DNA from: Octopus bimaculoides
Lineage: Eukaryota
Direction: 5' to 3'
Assembly (NCBI RefSeq): GCF_001194135.2
Contig: NC_069001.1
Span: forward strand, 20,010,559 to 20,074,558
DNA: 64,000 bases
The position numbers and the translations under genes are program-made. The notes beneath the pieces were generated by a model that was not told where the DNA came from, ran no database searches, and worked only from the letters and a program-made list of their open reading frames with translations. This document shows, piece by piece, positions 62,388 through 64,000 of this stretch. Each line of letters begins with the position of its first letter. Position 1 is the stretch's first letter.

Positions 62388-63968
62388 GAATTCATTATCT
62401 CATTTCACAAGAAAAAATGCTTCTGCTTTAGACTTGTATTTAGAAAAACTATTCACCTTTCATCAATTTATGTGGATGCATGTGTTGTAACAGTAATGCT
62501 GACCCTGTGTCATTGCTCATGTTGGGATGCTTTTACTCTGTCATCAATGTACTTCATTACCACAGTATTAAATAACTAATCTCTCTAGCACAGGAATTTT
62601 TCCTTCTCGCATCTGTTTTTCTTGTTGAAGTATCTCTATTTTACTTAATAAAATTTTTTGTCTTAATAATGCAGTAAACAATAAATAATTTCATCGTCAG
62701 AGGTGTACACACACGGTTATCCTCATTCATTTGCAATCTGTTGCAATTATATAAATGGTAATAATAATCATGTTGATTATACTGTTGCTAATGTTGTTAT
62801 TCTGAGTGATAATGATGACGAGGATGATTTGGTAGTGATATTGGCAAAATGGTGATGGAATGCCGGTAATGGTAACAGAATGCCAATGCAGCAAAGTGAA
62901 GCTTTATTGCTGTTGCTATGGTTCCCCACCTCCCCATTACTTCCTCTTTGAATGTGTAACTACCTAATGTCCTCCACAATCAACTTTTGTTTCCATCTGA
63001 TATAAAGTAAATCGCTATAATTTTAAATAAATGGGAGCTTTTTTAGTTTCCATATTTTTTTTGCCTTGTCATTTACCTGTTCAATATTATTATCTCTTTA
63101 ATATTTTGTTAAGCAGGTATCTTTCGTCTGAATGCTCATTTGCTTAGAACTGTGAGTGTATGGGAATACAAATTACATATCCATCATTCTCAACTTATAA
63201 ATTCTATTTTACATGTCTGTATTCCTTCATGTATGCGCGTTAATGAATTAGTCATTTATCATTGTAACTTACATATATCTTTCTCTTTACACATACACTC
63301 ACACAGTGGGAGGGAGAGAGAATTATGTATACACCTAATATAGATCTATGCAGGTATATTTGCAGGATCTGCAAACTATATACCTATATCTATCTATGTA
63401 TGTATATGTAATAAGCTGTTATTTCTGTTTCCCTTCTCCTGTATGAATCAATAGCAGTTTTGGTTGTCACTTTATTACATATCACAGTAGTCCAAGGCAG
63501 CTTGTGGTAGTAGTGTTAGTAATGACCAAAGAAGTGAATGATTCAAACCATTAGTCATTGCTGATAGCGATGTCAGTCTGTCTCCCTATTTGAAGATTTC
63601 GTACACAAACATACATACATGCATAAATTTATATGAGAACGCATACATGGGCATTAGTGCAGCTATATGTACATTATGTTAGGATAAATTAACACATACT
63701 TACATGCAATTGTCTATGTCAGTGTTCACGTGCTGCAACAAGGGATAGACAGCCATGGACATGGACGGACGGACACACACACATACACACATGTGCAAGC
63801 ACACGCATACACTTATATACAGGCGTGTGCGTGCACACATTCTCACATATTCACACATGCACACACACACAGAAAGTACATCCAAGGGATAAATATAATT
63901 ATTTATTTAATCATTATCATCACTATATTATGGCTACATTTTCCATACTAGCATGGGTTGGACAGTCA

Positions 63969-64000
<32 letters not shown>

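Overview
Eukaryotic, AT-rich, microsatellite-dense genomic DNA with assembly gaps. The SINE and LINE repertoire strongly suggests an octopus or related cephalopod (inference from recognised repeat families). No prokaryotic genes, CRISPR arrays, rRNA or true tRNA genes are supported. The left half holds the 3' end of an unidentified, intron-rich + strand gene. Its phase-1 exons are at 10308-10538 and 14838-14879, with a terminal exon at 25192-25370, a possible upstream exon at 5035-5118 and a possible alternative terminal exon at 28117-28196. Nearly everything else is transposon debris: two main tRNA-derived SINE families plus a third, RTE, CR1-like, R4/Dong-like, CRE-like and L1/Tx1-like LINE fragments, a Penelope RT fragment, two Helitrons, Tc1/mariner/maT fragments, TTAA MITEs and a solo LTR. 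The most unusual structure is a ~470-bp head-to-head palindrome at ~30500-30970. Each arm is a tRNA-headed (Pol III A/B box) element ending in a Penelope-type minimal hammerhead ribozyme motif, a SINE/retrozyme-like hybrid. All calls were made by eye without alignment or database searches. TE boundaries are approximate unless termini or TSDs are quoted.
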